Assembly (NCBI GenBank): GCA_031365865.1
Contig: JANLYX010000018.1
Location: 6,859 to 70,858, forward strand
Direction of reading: 5' to 3'
Length of the DNA: 64,000 nt
From: Hyphomicrobium sp.
GTDB lineage: Bacteria > Pseudomonadota > Alphaproteobacteria > Rhizobiales > Hyphomicrobiaceae
The position numbers and the translations under genes are program-made. Under the pieces are notes generated by a model, which was given only the letters and a program-made list of their open reading frames with translations, was not told the DNA's origin and did not search any database. Shown piece by piece: positions 42,086 to 51,125 of this stretch; the first letter of the stretch is position 1, and the number at the start of each line of letters is the position of its first letter.

Positions 42086-44893
42086 ATGGATCAAACGCCC
42101 AACCTGCAGCTCCCCTACATTCTGGCTGCCCAAAGCCAAAAGCACGTCACTCACAACGAGGCCCTGAGGGCGCTCGACAATGTCGTCCAGCTGACCGTGC
42201 TCGACCGCAATCTGGCGACGCCGCCGCCAACGCCCGCTGAAGGTCACCGCTATCTCGTCGCGGCCGGTCCGACCGGAACCTGGGCGGGTCACGCCAACCA
42301 CATCGCCGCTTTCGTCGATGGGGCGTGGCTGTTCTACGTGCCGATCGAGGGCTGGATAACTTGGATCGCGGATGAAAACATCGCGCTGGCTTACGATGGC
42401 GCGGCGTGGGTGACGCTGAGCGGCGGCGTCTCGGCTCATGGCGCGCTGACCGGTCTGCTCAATGACGATCATACGCAGTATCTAACCAATGCGCGCGGCG
42501 ACGCCCGTTATACGCCGGTCAACCCCGCAACGCTTGGCATCAACGCGACAGCGGATGCGACCAACAAATTGGCGGTGGCGAGTTCGGCTTCGCTGTTCAA
42601 TCATACAGGTTCCGGCGGGCACCAGATCAAGATCAACAAGGCGTTGGCTGCGGACACGGCAAGCTTCTTGTTTCAAACCGGGTTCTCCGGGCGCGCCGAG
42701 CTTGGCACCACGGGCGACGATGATTTTCATTTCAAGGTCAGCGCCAATGGCACGGCCTGGAACGATGCCCTGGTGATCAACCGTACCAGCGGGGCCTGCA
42801 CGTTTCCAAATACCGCGGTTGGCAGCGGTACGGTCACGCAGGTTGCAACTGGCACAGGCCTGACGGGCGGGCCGGTGACGGGAACCGGCACCATCAGCCT
42901 CGCCAACATGGCGGCCAACACTTTGAAGGGCAATAACACCGGTGCGGCGGCGGCGCCGGGCGATCTGACGGCGGCGCAAGTCAAAACCATGCTGGCGATC
43001 GCGGCGGTGGATGTTTCTGGTCTGGCGGCCATTGCAACATCAGGTTCAGCTTCGAACTTGGTGGCGGGCACGGTGCCAGCGGCGCAAATGCCGGCGCATA
43101 CCGGCGATGTCACGAGCACAGCCGGCAGCACGGCGCTGACGATTGCGGCGAATGCCGTGAGTAACGCCAAGGCGGCGCAGATGGCGGCGTCGACGCTCAA
43201 AGGCAACAACACCGGCGCTGCCGCCAACGCGGCCGATCTGACGGCGGCGCAGGTCAAGACGATGCTGGCGATCGCGAGCACGGACGTCTCCGGTCTCGGC
43301 GCGCTGGCGACGCTGTCGACGGTCAATCTCTCCACGCAAGCGACCGGCACGCTGCAGGCGGCGCAAGAACCTGCCCATACCGGCGATGTCACCAATGCCG
43401 CCGGATCGCTGGCGCTGACCATTGCGGCCAATGCCGTGACCAACGCCAAGATCGCGCAGATGGCGGCGAGTACGATCAAAGGCAACAACACGGGTGCCGC
43501 CGCCAATGCCGCCGATCTGACGGCGGCGCAAGTCAAAGCTTTGCTGGCGATCGCGAGCACGGACGTGTCCGGTCTCGGCGCGCTGGCGACGCTGTCGTCG
43601 GTCAATCTCTCGACGCAAGCGACCGGCACGCTGCAGGCGGCGCAAGAACCTGCGCACACCGGCGATGTCACCAACGCCGCCGGTTCGCTGGCGCTGACAA
43701 TTGCCACCAACGCGGTGACCAATGCCAAGGCCGCGCAGATGGCGGCCTCGACCCTTAAGGGCAACAATACCGGCGCAGCCGCCAACGCGGCAGACCTGAC
43801 GGCGACCCAAGTCACAGCCATGCTCGACACGGCGGTCGCCTCGGGTGCCAGTGCCAAGAAGGGCCTAGTGCCAGATCCCGGCACGACGGCGGGCACAACG
43901 CGCTTCCTGCGCGAAGACATGACCTGGTTCACGCCGCCGGGTGGCGGTGGCGGTGGCACACCCGGCGGCGCGTCTGGCGATGTACAGTTCAACAGTGCGG
44001 GTGTCTTCGGCGGCTTCACGCTTGGCGGCGACGCCACCGTCAACACCGGAACCGGCGCACTGACCCTTGCGACCAATGCCGTGAGCAACGCCAAAGCCGC
44101 GCAGATGGCGGCCAAGACCATCAAAGCCAACGTCTCGGCGGCGACCGCCAACGCCACCGACGCGACGGTTGACCAGGTCTCGAACATTCTCCCCGGCGGA
44201 CCGATGGAGCGCGGCTACCGGCTCAGCCCGCGCGTCGAAACCGATTTCTTGAACGTCGCCGCGCCGTGGGGCCCGTTCGCGAATACGGCGATCTCAACGG
44301 GGACACTCAGTTTTTCGGGGACAGGTGTTGTAACGGCCAATCACCCTGGCTGCATCACGATCAACTCGTCGACATCGGCGAATAGCGGCGAAGTCATGGG
44401 AACCGGAAGCACCAACGCTGCGCAGTTCCTTCTCGGTGGCGGCGAACAATTCGATGTTGTTTTCAAAACCGGTGCGGCCTTCACCAACATCACGATGCGA
44501 TTCGGATTTCACGACACCGCCACTAGCGCCGACGCCGTCGATGGCGCATATTTCGAAGTCTCGACGGCAGGCGTGGTCACGGGAAAAACGTCCAGCAACT
44601 CGGTGCGCACGACCAGCGCGACGATTGCAACTTTGGCGGTAAGCACCTGGTACCACGCCCGCGTCAGGGTCAACGCCAACGCGACGGCGGTCGATTACAC
44701 GATCTTCGACGATAGCGGAACGCAACTCGGAACCGTTCAAAATACCACCAATATTCCAATCGCCGCCGGGCGCGAAACCGGTGTCGCATTTGTTGCAACA
44801 AGTGCGGGCACCACGGCGACCGCGCTCTGCCACCTCGATTACATGAGCTATTGCTATCAGGGCAGGACACTGGCGAGAGGCGCGCTGACATGA
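42086..44893 (+). CDS. DUF2793-domain fibre-like protein with internal tandem repeats and C-terminal beta/lectin-like domain
   Basis: N-terminal TPNLQLPYILAAQSQKHVTHNEALRALD...W.F..P.EGW (DUF2793); Ala/Thr-rich repeats; beta-rich C-terminus. Confidence 0.75.
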   Translation: MDQTPNLQLPYILAAQSQKHVTHNEALRALDNVVQLTVLDRNLATPPPTPAEGHRYLVAAGPTGTWAGHANHIAAFVDGAWLFYVPIEGWITWIADENIALAYDGAAWVTLSGGVSAHGALTGLLNDDHTQYLTNARGDARYTPVNPATLGINATADATNKLAVASSASLFNHTGSGGHQIKINKALAADTASFLFQTGFSGRAELGTTGDDDFHFKVSANGTAWNDALVINRTSGACTFPNTAVGSGTVTQVATGTGLTGGPVTGTGTISLANMAANTLKGNNTGAAAAPGDLTAAQVKTMLAIAAVDVSGLAAIATSGSASNLVAGTVPAAQMPAHTGDVTSTAGSTALTIAANAVSNAKAAQMAASTLKGNNTGAAANAADLTAAQVKTMLAIASTDVSGLGALATLSTVNLSTQATGTLQAAQEPAHTGDVTNAAGSLALTIAANAVTNAKIAQMAASTIKGNNTGAAANAADLTAAQVKALLAIASTDVSGLGALATLSSVNLSTQATGTLQAAQEPAHTGDVTNAAGSLALTIATNAVTNAKAAQMAASTLKGNNTGAAANAADLTATQVTAMLDTAVASGASAKKGLVPDPGTTAGTTRFLREDMTWFTPPGGGGGGTPGGASGDVQFNSAGVFGGFTLGGDATVNTGTGALTLATNAVSNAKAAQMAAKTIKANVSAATANATDATVDQVSNILPGGPMERGYRLSPRVETDFLNVAAPWGPFANTAISTGTLSFSGTGVVTANHPGCITINSSTSANSGEVMGTGSTNAAQFLLGGGEQFDVVFKTGAAFTNITMRFGFHDTATSADAVDGAYFEVSTAGVVTGKTSSNSVRTTSATIATLAVSTWYHARVRVNANATAVDYTIFDDSGTQLGTVQNTTNIPIAAGRETGVAFVATSAGTTATALCHLDYMSYCYQGRTLARGALT
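42905..43810 (+). repeat. coding tandem repeat, ~279-nt (93-aa) unit, ~3.3 copies
   Basis: GGCAA(C/T)AA(C/T) (Gly-Asn-Asn) anchors at 42929, 43202, 43481 and 43760 (spacings 273, 279, 279); a further partial unit lies near 44060-44160. Confidence 0.85.
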
Positions 44894-45045
44894 CGGACAG
44901 TGACTGGCCGCGTTACGGTTAACAACATGTCAAGACATTCCTGAGACCTTCAGAACTTGCCGGCAAATGGCGCGTCAGACGGGCGGGTCCAACGCGTTGC
45001 CGGCAAGTTTTGGGTCAATCCGGCCGCCGCGTGTCGTAGCGTCTC

Positions 45046-46122
45046 ATGAAAATTGTTGTAACGGGTGGTGCTGGGTTTATCGGGTCGGCCGTGTGCCGGT
45101 TGCTGGTTGGCGAGTGGGGCCACGAGGTCGTCAATATCGATAGCCTGACTTATGCGGCCAACCTCGGCTCGCTGGAACCGATTGTCAAAAATTCCCGCTA
45201 TAGCTTTTATCAGCTCAATGTTTGCGACCGGGCGGCGATGGCTGACCTGTTACGCCTCGAGCAGCCTGACGCGATCATGCATCTGGCCGCCGAGAGCCAC
45301 GTCGATCGTTCGATTACCGGCTCGAACGCCTTCATCGAAACCAATATTATCGGCACCTACGCCATGCTCGAAGCCGCACGCGGTTACTGGTCGGAGCTGC
45401 CGAAGCGGCGCAAAGACGCCTTCCGCTTCTTGCATATCTCGACGGATGAAGTTTTCGGCAGCCTGGGTGATGAAGGATTTTTCACCGAGACAACGGCCTA
45501 CGACCCAAGTTCTCCTTATTCCGCCAGCAAAGCCGCGTCCGATCATCTGGTCATGGCCTGGCATCGCACCTACGGGCTGCCTGTGGTGCTGTCCAATTGC
45601 TCCAACAACTATGGCCCCTATCACTTTCCCGAGAAGCTGGTGCCGCTGATGATCACTAACGCGCTGCTTGGCCGCGACTTGTCGATTTACGGTATGGGCA
45701 CCAACGTACGCGATTGGCTGTATGTCGAGGATCATGCCAAGGCGTTGTTCGCGGTGCTGACCAAAGGCACGCCCGGCGAGCGCTATGCGGTTGGCGGGCG
45801 CAACGAAAAAAGCAATCTCGAAGTCGTGCATAAAATCTGCGAATTGCTCGATGAGGCGGCGCCACGAGAAGATGGCTGCTCCCACACTGCCGCCATCAAC
45901 TTCGTCGAAGACCGGCCGGGCCACGATTTCCGCTATGCCATCGACGCAACCAAGATCGAGCGCGAGCTTGGCTGGCGCGCCGCTGAAAGTTTTGACAGCG
46001 GCTTGCAAAAGACCGTTGCCTGGTATCTCGCCAATGAGATGTGGTGGCTGCCGCTGCGTCTCAAGAGTTATTCCGGTGAGCGCCTGGGGCTGATCGAAAA
46101 AGCCAAAACGGCGGCAGCCTAG
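45046..46122 (+). CDS. rfbB: dTDP-glucose 4,6-dehydratase
   Basis: [48 protein letters not shown]. Confidence 0.95.
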   Translation: MKIVVTGGAGFIGSAVCRLLVGEWGHEVVNIDSLTYAANLGSLEPIVKNSRYSFYQLNVCDRAAMADLLRLEQPDAIMHLAAESHVDRSITGSNAFIETNIIGTYAMLEAARGYWSELPKRRKDAFRFLHISTDEVFGSLGDEGFFTETTAYDPSSPYSASKAASDHLVMAWHRTYGLPVVLSNCSNNYGPYHFPEKLVPLMITNALLGRDLSIYGMGTNVRDWLYVEDHAKALFAVLTKGTPGERYAVGGRNEKSNLEVVHKICELLDEAAPREDGCSHTAAINFVEDRPGHDFRYAIDATKIERELGWRAAESFDSGLQKTVAWYLANEMWWLPLRLKSYSGERLGLIEKAKTAAA

Positions 46123-46136
46123 CCAATGGCCACGCC

Positions 46137-47027
46137 ATGACCCAACAGCGCATTGCCGTCATCGGCGCATCGGGGCAGGTTGCGCAAGCCTTGGTGCGCG
46201 CGGCATTGGTTCGCGCACTGGATTTGATCGTTGCTGGGCGGCCGCAAGCCGATATAACCGATCTTGCGAGCTTGAGCCGCCTATTTGCCGATTGCCGGCC
46301 TGACCTCGTCATCAACGCCAGCGCTTACACAGCCGTCGACAAAGCGGAAGTGGAGATCGCGGCCGCCCGTGCCATCAACGAAGAAGGCCCGGCCCGCCTC
46401 GCCGTGCTGTGCCAGGCGACGGGCGCGGCCCTCATGCACATTTCAACGGATTATGTTTTTGACGGCGATTCGCGCATACCCTACGCCGAAGACGATAAGC
46501 GCCGCCCCCAAAGCGTTTACGGCGTCACGAAATCAGCGGGCGAAGACGCCATTCGCACCGCACTTGCGCGTCACGCCATCTTCCGGACGGCCTGGGTGTA
46601 TGGGCCCGATGGCCAGAATTTCTTGAAGACGATGCTGCGGCTTGGCGCCGAGCGCGACGAGGTTCGGGTTGTTGCCGATCAATTCGGCACGCCGACACCA
46701 GCCGATCTGATTGCCACCAGCCTTCTCGATGTTGCCCCGCGTCTACTGGCAGATGGCAACCGTGATGGCTTGTGGGGCACCTATCATTTGACGGCTGCGG
46801 GCGAAACGTCTTGGCACGATTATGCGGGCGAAATCTTTAGGCAGGCCGCTCTTGCCGGGCGCAAGGTGCCGCGTTTGCATGCCATTTCGAGCAGCGAATA
46901 TCCAACAGCCGCGACCCGGCCGAAGTATTCGGTTCTCGATTGCTCTAAACTGCGCAATACCTTCGGCCTTGAGCTGCCCGCTTGGCAAGACGGCGTTGCA
47001 AATTGTGTTAGGCGACTGGCTCACTGA
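46137..47027 (+). CDS. rfbD: dTDP-4-dehydrorhamnose reductase
   Basis: NASAYTAVDKAE, HISTDYVFDG, YGVTKSAGE, DQFGTPT, RPKYSVLD. Confidence 0.92.
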   Translation: MTQQRIAVIGASGQVAQALVRAALVRALDLIVAGRPQADITDLASLSRLFADCRPDLVINASAYTAVDKAEVEIAAARAINEEGPARLAVLCQATGAALMHISTDYVFDGDSRIPYAEDDKRRPQSVYGVTKSAGEDAIRTALARHAIFRTAWVYGPDGQNFLKTMLRLGAERDEVRVVADQFGTPTPADLIATSLLDVAPRLLADGNRDGLWGTYHLTAAGETSWHDYAGEIFRQAALAGRKVPRLHAISSSEYPTAATRPKYSVLDCSKLRNTFGLELPAWQDGVANCVRRLAH

Positions 47028-47080
47028 AGACTGCCTCACTGAAGACTGGCTCACTGAAAACCGCCTCACTGAAGACCGGC
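47014..47080 (+). repeat. 15-bp tandem repeat (GACTGGCTCACTGAA, ~4.5 copies) spanning the rfbD stop codon
   Basis: Units at 47014, 47029, 47044, 47059 and a partial unit at 47074. Confidence 0.9.
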
Positions 47081-47126
47081 GCATTGAGTTGGGCGCGAAG
47101 TTCGGGCGCCCGGAATTGGGGAAGAC

Positions 47127-47999
47127 ATGAAAGCCATCATCCTGGCCGGCGGTAGCGGCACGCGGCTGTATCCGATGACACTGACGGTCTCGAAACAGAT
47201 CTTGCCGGTCTACGACAAGCCGCTGATCTATTATCCGCTGTCGGTACTGATGCTCGGTGGCGTGCGCGATATTCTGGTCATCTCGACGCCGCGCGATTTG
47301 CCGGGCTTTGCCGCGCTACTTGGTGACGGCCGGCAATGGGGCCTCAATCTCAGTTACGCCGAGCAGGCCCGCCCGGACGGCCTGGCGCAGGCTTTCATTA
47401 TCGGAGAGCGGTTCATCGGCAAAGATCCGTGCGCCATGGTTCTGGGCGACAATATTTTCTACGGTCACGGACTGTCCGACATGGTCAGGGAGGCGTTCGA
47501 GCCGCGCCGCGGCGCCACCGTTTTTGCCCATCAAGTCTCGGATCCCGAACGTTATGGCGTGGTCGCCTTCGATGAGCGCGGCCGGGCCACCTCGATTGAG
47601 GAAAAACCGGCGAAGCCAAAGTCGAACTGGGCGGTGATCGGGCTTTATGCCTACGACAACGACGTCGTGCAGATTGCCAAGAGCTTGCGCCCCTCAAGCC
47701 GGGGCGAGCTCGAAATCACCAGCCTCAACGCCGCCTATCTGGCGCGTGGCGATCTTGCGGTCCGCAAGATGGGGCGGGGCTTTGCGTGGTTCGATACGGG
47801 CACGCCCGACAGCCTGTTGGAGGCCGCAAACTACGTGGCGACAATCGAGAAGCGCCAGGGTTTGAAAGTGGCGAGTCCGGAAGAAATCGCGGTCCGGCAG
47901 GGCTTTATCACGGTCAACGATCTCGAACGGTTGATCGGGGAACGTTATGCCAAAAACGACTATGGCCGCTATCTCAAATCGGTTTTGGCGGAGTTTTAA
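47127..47999 (+). CDS. rfbA: glucose-1-phosphate thymidylyltransferase
   Basis: [48 protein letters not shown]. Confidence 0.95.
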   Translation: MKAIILAGGSGTRLYPMTLTVSKQILPVYDKPLIYYPLSVLMLGGVRDILVISTPRDLPGFAALLGDGRQWGLNLSYAEQARPDGLAQAFIIGERFIGKDPCAMVLGDNIFYGHGLSDMVREAFEPRRGATVFAHQVSDPERYGVVAFDERGRATSIEEKPAKPKSNWAVIGLYAYDNDVVQIAKSLRPSSRGELEITSLNAAYLARGDLAVRKMGRGFAWFDTGTPDSLLEAANYVATIEKRQGLKVASPEEIAVRQGFITVNDLERLIGERYAKNDYGRYLKSVLAEF

Positions 48000-48079
48000 G
48001 CGGCGGGGGGTCACAAAACGTTCTAGTGTGCTAGTCAAGCCCCAAGTCTAAGTCTCCAAAATTCGCTCGGGAGCATAAC

Positions 48080-48766
48080 GTGGCAGGGCCGGCCAATTTT
48101 TTGATCGTCGACGATCACCCACTGTTTCTCGAGGCCTTGCAGCGCGCCATCAAGAGCGTGTTGCCGGATGCTCAGACCGTCGAAGCGATGACCATAGAAG
48201 CGGCGAAAACCGAGCTTCAGGGCCGGACTCGCTTTGACATCGTGCTGTTGGATCTGTCGATGCCGGGCACCCGCGGTTTCGATGGCCTGCTCGAATTGCG
48301 CGGGCTCTATCCAAAAATTCCGATTGTCGTGGTTTCGGCGCTCGAAGATCCGCGCATCATTCAAGAAGTCATGAGCTATGGCGCCGCCGGCTTCATCGCT
48401 AAGTCGGTGGCGCGCGAAGAACTGGCAACGGCATTGAAGAGTGTCATGGATGGATCGGTGACATTGCCCAAGGGCTACCGCCCGCCGCAGCCGCCAGCCC
48501 CCGGTAATCACAAAGCCGACCTGGCGCACCGGCTGCAGTCCCTGACGCCAAAACAATTGTGCGTTTTGAAGATGCTGCGGCAAGGGCTGTTGAACAAGCA
48601 GATCGCGCACGAACTGCAAATCGAGGAGACGACCGTGAAAGCACACGTCTCGGAAATTCTGCGCAAACTCAATGTCGCGTCCCGGACCCAGGCCGTCATC
48701 GAAGCCCAGAAGATCGATTTCGACAGTCTCCTCGATCCCGCCGGCGGCACCAGCGGACAGGGGTGA
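48080..48766 (+). CDS. NarL/LuxR-family response regulator
   Basis: IVDDHP, LLDLSMPG receiver domain; LTPKQ...GLLNKQIA.EL.I.ETTVKAHVS HTH. Confidence 0.9.
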   Translation: MAGPANFLIVDDHPLFLEALQRAIKSVLPDAQTVEAMTIEAAKTELQGRTRFDIVLLDLSMPGTRGFDGLLELRGLYPKIPIVVVSALEDPRIIQEVMSYGAAGFIAKSVAREELATALKSVMDGSVTLPKGYRPPQPPAPGNHKADLAHRLQSLTPKQLCVLKMLRQGLLNKQIAHELQIEETTVKAHVSEILRKLNVASRTQAVIEAQKIDFDSLLDPAGGTSGQG

Positions 48767-48871
48767 GTGCGGACAGCAGAGTGCGCGGTGCCGCGCCCAA
48801 CACGTTTCGTAGATCTTAGGCTCGCTCGGATCCTCCTCCCGTCTTGGTGAGGCGAAGGACCAGACAGCCGC

Positions 48872-49882
48872 TCAAGCCACCTTGTCTTCCGAGCCATTGT
48901 AAGCGCCGCCCATGCCGTCGAGGCCGCGTGAGGGTGCGGCGTAGGGCAGGAAACCCTTGGCTGTCGCGACCTTATAAAACTGTGCGATTTTCTTGTCCTC
49001 GTTCAGATAATCAACCGACAAAACCGGCGTTTTGTTCTTGATGAAATCGCGGATCAGAATGTCGATCGTGTCCTTATCGGGATCGAGATCGTTGTTCTCC
49101 GGTTCGCTCCCGCGAAAAAATAGATCTTCGCAGGCAATCGCATTGATGGCGCTGAGATAAGCTTTCTTGCGCTTCGGATCTTCGTCTTCCAGCGCATCGA
49201 GAATGAGCGCCCCGTTTTGTGGGATGACAAGAAATTCCGGATTGCTCTCGCGCGCATGTTTGGCCAACGCCACGACGAAATCGATCATCATGCCCGCGGC
49301 CTCGCGTTCGGTGCGCGGATCTCCAGCCAGGCACTGCGACTTATCGACCTCGCAGCCCCAGTGGTAATAGCCGTCAACGATGTCGAGATAAGCGCCGTCG
49401 AAACCGGCTGCGACGATTCTGTCGAGCCAGCCGGTGCCCGCGTCGTTGAAAATGATTTTTTGCCAAGCCGGATCCCAATAGCGGACCTTACGGGAGTTCG
49501 GCCAGTTCTCATTCCAGGCACCGAGCCAGGCTGGCGCTTTGCCGGTTGGCTCGCCGGCCGCTTTTTGATCTTCGTCGGTCCACTTGGTCCAATCGTCATC
49601 CCAGAAATCGCGGTAGTCCGAGGCTTCGCCGATGGAGATGTACGAGACGATGACGGACTGCGCGCCTTTGCGTTTTTTCAGAGCCTCGATCTGTTTGGGT
49701 TTGAAGGCGCCCTTGCCGGAGCCGTCTTTCGAGAAATCGATGACGATGAGATCGTGCGGGACTTTGGCCAGCGCCTTGGCATCAAGCGGCTGCGGCGTGC
49801 CGTCTTCCTCATCGCCCTGCAGTTGATAGCCCCAGTTTCGCACCGATCTATCGCCGTCAGCCGTTGTCAGACGCAGTGCCAT
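48872..49882 (-). CDS. GH114/TM1410-like endo-alpha-1,4-polygalactosaminidase-family hydrolase
   Basis: WGYQLQ, DLIVID, YISIGEA.DYR, GFDGAYLDIVD, IPQNG, EDLF, LSVDY; no obvious signal peptide. Confidence 0.72.
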   Translation of the reverse strand: MALRLTTADGDRSVRNWGYQLQGDEEDGTPQPLDAKALAKVPHDLIVIDFSKDGSGKGAFKPKQIEALKKRKGAQSVIVSYISIGEASDYRDFWDDDWTKWTDEDQKAAGEPTGKAPAWLGAWNENWPNSRKVRYWDPAWQKIIFNDAGTGWLDRIVAAGFDGAYLDIVDGYYHWGCEVDKSQCLAGDPRTEREAAGMMIDFVVALAKHARESNPEFLVIPQNGALILDALEDEDPKRKKAYLSAINAIACEDLFFRGSEPENNDLDPDKDTIDILIRDFIKNKTPVLSVDYLNEDKKIAQFYKVATAKGFLPYAAPSRGLDGMGGAYNGSEDKVA

Positions 49883-50004
49883 TTATTTTCCCCATGAGAC
49901 GCCAAGCCGTCAGTATTCGCCGTCCGTCAAGCTCTTGGCAACAATTTCCCGGCGATAAACGACGTTACCTGACAAGCATTTGAGATAGCAACTATAAATT
50001 GTTA

Positions 50005-50020
50005 TGGCACGGCAAGTGCT
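50005..50020 (+). promoter_or_regulatory. possible sigma-54 (-24/-12) promoter
   Basis: TGGCACG-GCAA-GTGCT with correct GG-N10-GC spacing and one mismatch to consensus. Confidence 0.35.
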
Positions 50021-50197
50021 ATCTTTGATAGCGGAAGTGTTGACCAGACTTAGACTGTCGTCTTGTTTGTACCAAGTTGGGACGACAGACGAAAATACTC
50101 GGTCTAATCTTGATCGTCCGCTAGCTGATCGGGCTCTTGGGCCCTTGTGTGCCAAGTGAGCGGTCTTTCGGTCCGCAAGTAATTAGGAGCGTCATCG

Positions 50198-50581
50198 GTG
50201 CCGAGCAAAATGGATAAGAGCATCGGCGCGCGCATTCGTCAGTGCCGCGAGAATGCTGGACTTAGTCCACAACAATTCGCAGCAAAGATTGGCGTCACGG
50301 TGCCGGTACTTAACGCATTTGAAGACGGCGGGAAACGGGTGAACGCTGCCACTCTCATGGCCATTGCTCACGCCCTCGCAATTAAAATGTCGGAGCTTTT
50401 CGTCGATCGCGAGCACAGTGAGCGGCGCGAATTATCTGGTTTTGCAGAACCGTCGACAGGGTACGCAACGCCGGTCGAGATCAGGCGGTTGGTGAAAGCC
50501 TTCGACGGGATTGGTGACGTCGAGTCGCGTGACCGCTTAATTGAGCTTGCCGAAATGCTCGCCGGTGGCCGTCCGCACTGA
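50198..50581 (+). CDS. XRE-family HTH transcriptional regulator
   Basis: IGARIRQCR...GLS...A.KIGV...FEDG..R; C-terminal LVKAFDGI.D.ESR..LIEL typical of an alphaproteobacterial XRE subfamily. Confidence 0.85.
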   Translation: MPSKMDKSIGARIRQCRENAGLSPQQFAAKIGVTVPVLNAFEDGGKRVNAATLMAIAHALAIKMSELFVDREHSERRELSGFAEPSTGYATPVEIRRLVKAFDGIGDVESRDRLIELAEMLAGGRPH

Positions 50582-50875
50582 CTTATTTAAGCACTGACGT
50601 ATTTAAAATGAGTGGCATCGCCTGGCGGGACGATTTTCGAATTTCAAAGAGACTTGGCCGAAAGTACCATCTCGTGAGGGATCACCGTCAAAAGATAATC
50701 TGTTGTGACCGAAGGTTATTTTTCGATAACGTCGTTTGGGAAGAAGCACCTTCAACGCAGCAGGCATTAGACGCGTGGAATAAAATTGTGTTCGCATAAT
50801 TTACCCGTCCGAATTTCCGGAGACCGGGTCGAAATGTCAGGCGCTGTTGTGCGTTGCGGGACATCGGGGCATGTC

Positions 50876-51088
50876 ATGACCACCGTAAGTTCAAAAGAAT
50901 TCGCCAAAACAATTACGGCCCGCGCGCGAAAGAATGCAAGAGATGACGCCATCGCATTAGCACGGATGCTAACTTACATTTCCCAAGAAGCTGCGGCGCT
51001 CCATGCACCACTCACACATCGGCTGGCAGATGCCGCGCTTGATGCTTTGCGCCTTGAGCTTCGCATTGAAAGCAAGAGTCTTTTCTAG
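50876..51088 (+). CDS. small hypothetical helical protein
   Basis: 70-aa ORF filling the gap between the XRE gene and ndh; amphipathic helical composition. Confidence 0.45.
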   Translation: MTTVSSKEFAKTITARARKNARDDAIALARMLTYISQEAAALHAPLTHRLADAALDALRLELRIESKSLF

Positions 51089-51125
51089 GCGGTTTTATTC
51101 GGGGCGGTCGCGAGGGTTCACCTAT

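Noticed and set aside
42727-44187. 486-aa minus-strand repetitive ORF
   Set aside because: Mirror of the DUF2793 repeat region; the stop-free antisense frame results from GCN/ACN-rich codons.
44919-44933. TTAA-N7-TCAA upstream of rfbB, and TTAAC half-sites upstream of the DUF2793 gene
   Set aside because: One mismatch or half-sites only; too weak to call without data.
47014-47080. Tandem repeat as a CRISPR array
   Set aside because: The 15-bp units are contiguous with no unique spacers, and no cas genes are present.
47147-47154. GGCGGTAG ops-like sequence
   Set aside because: It lies inside rfbA, encoding the conserved GGSG motif, not in a leader.
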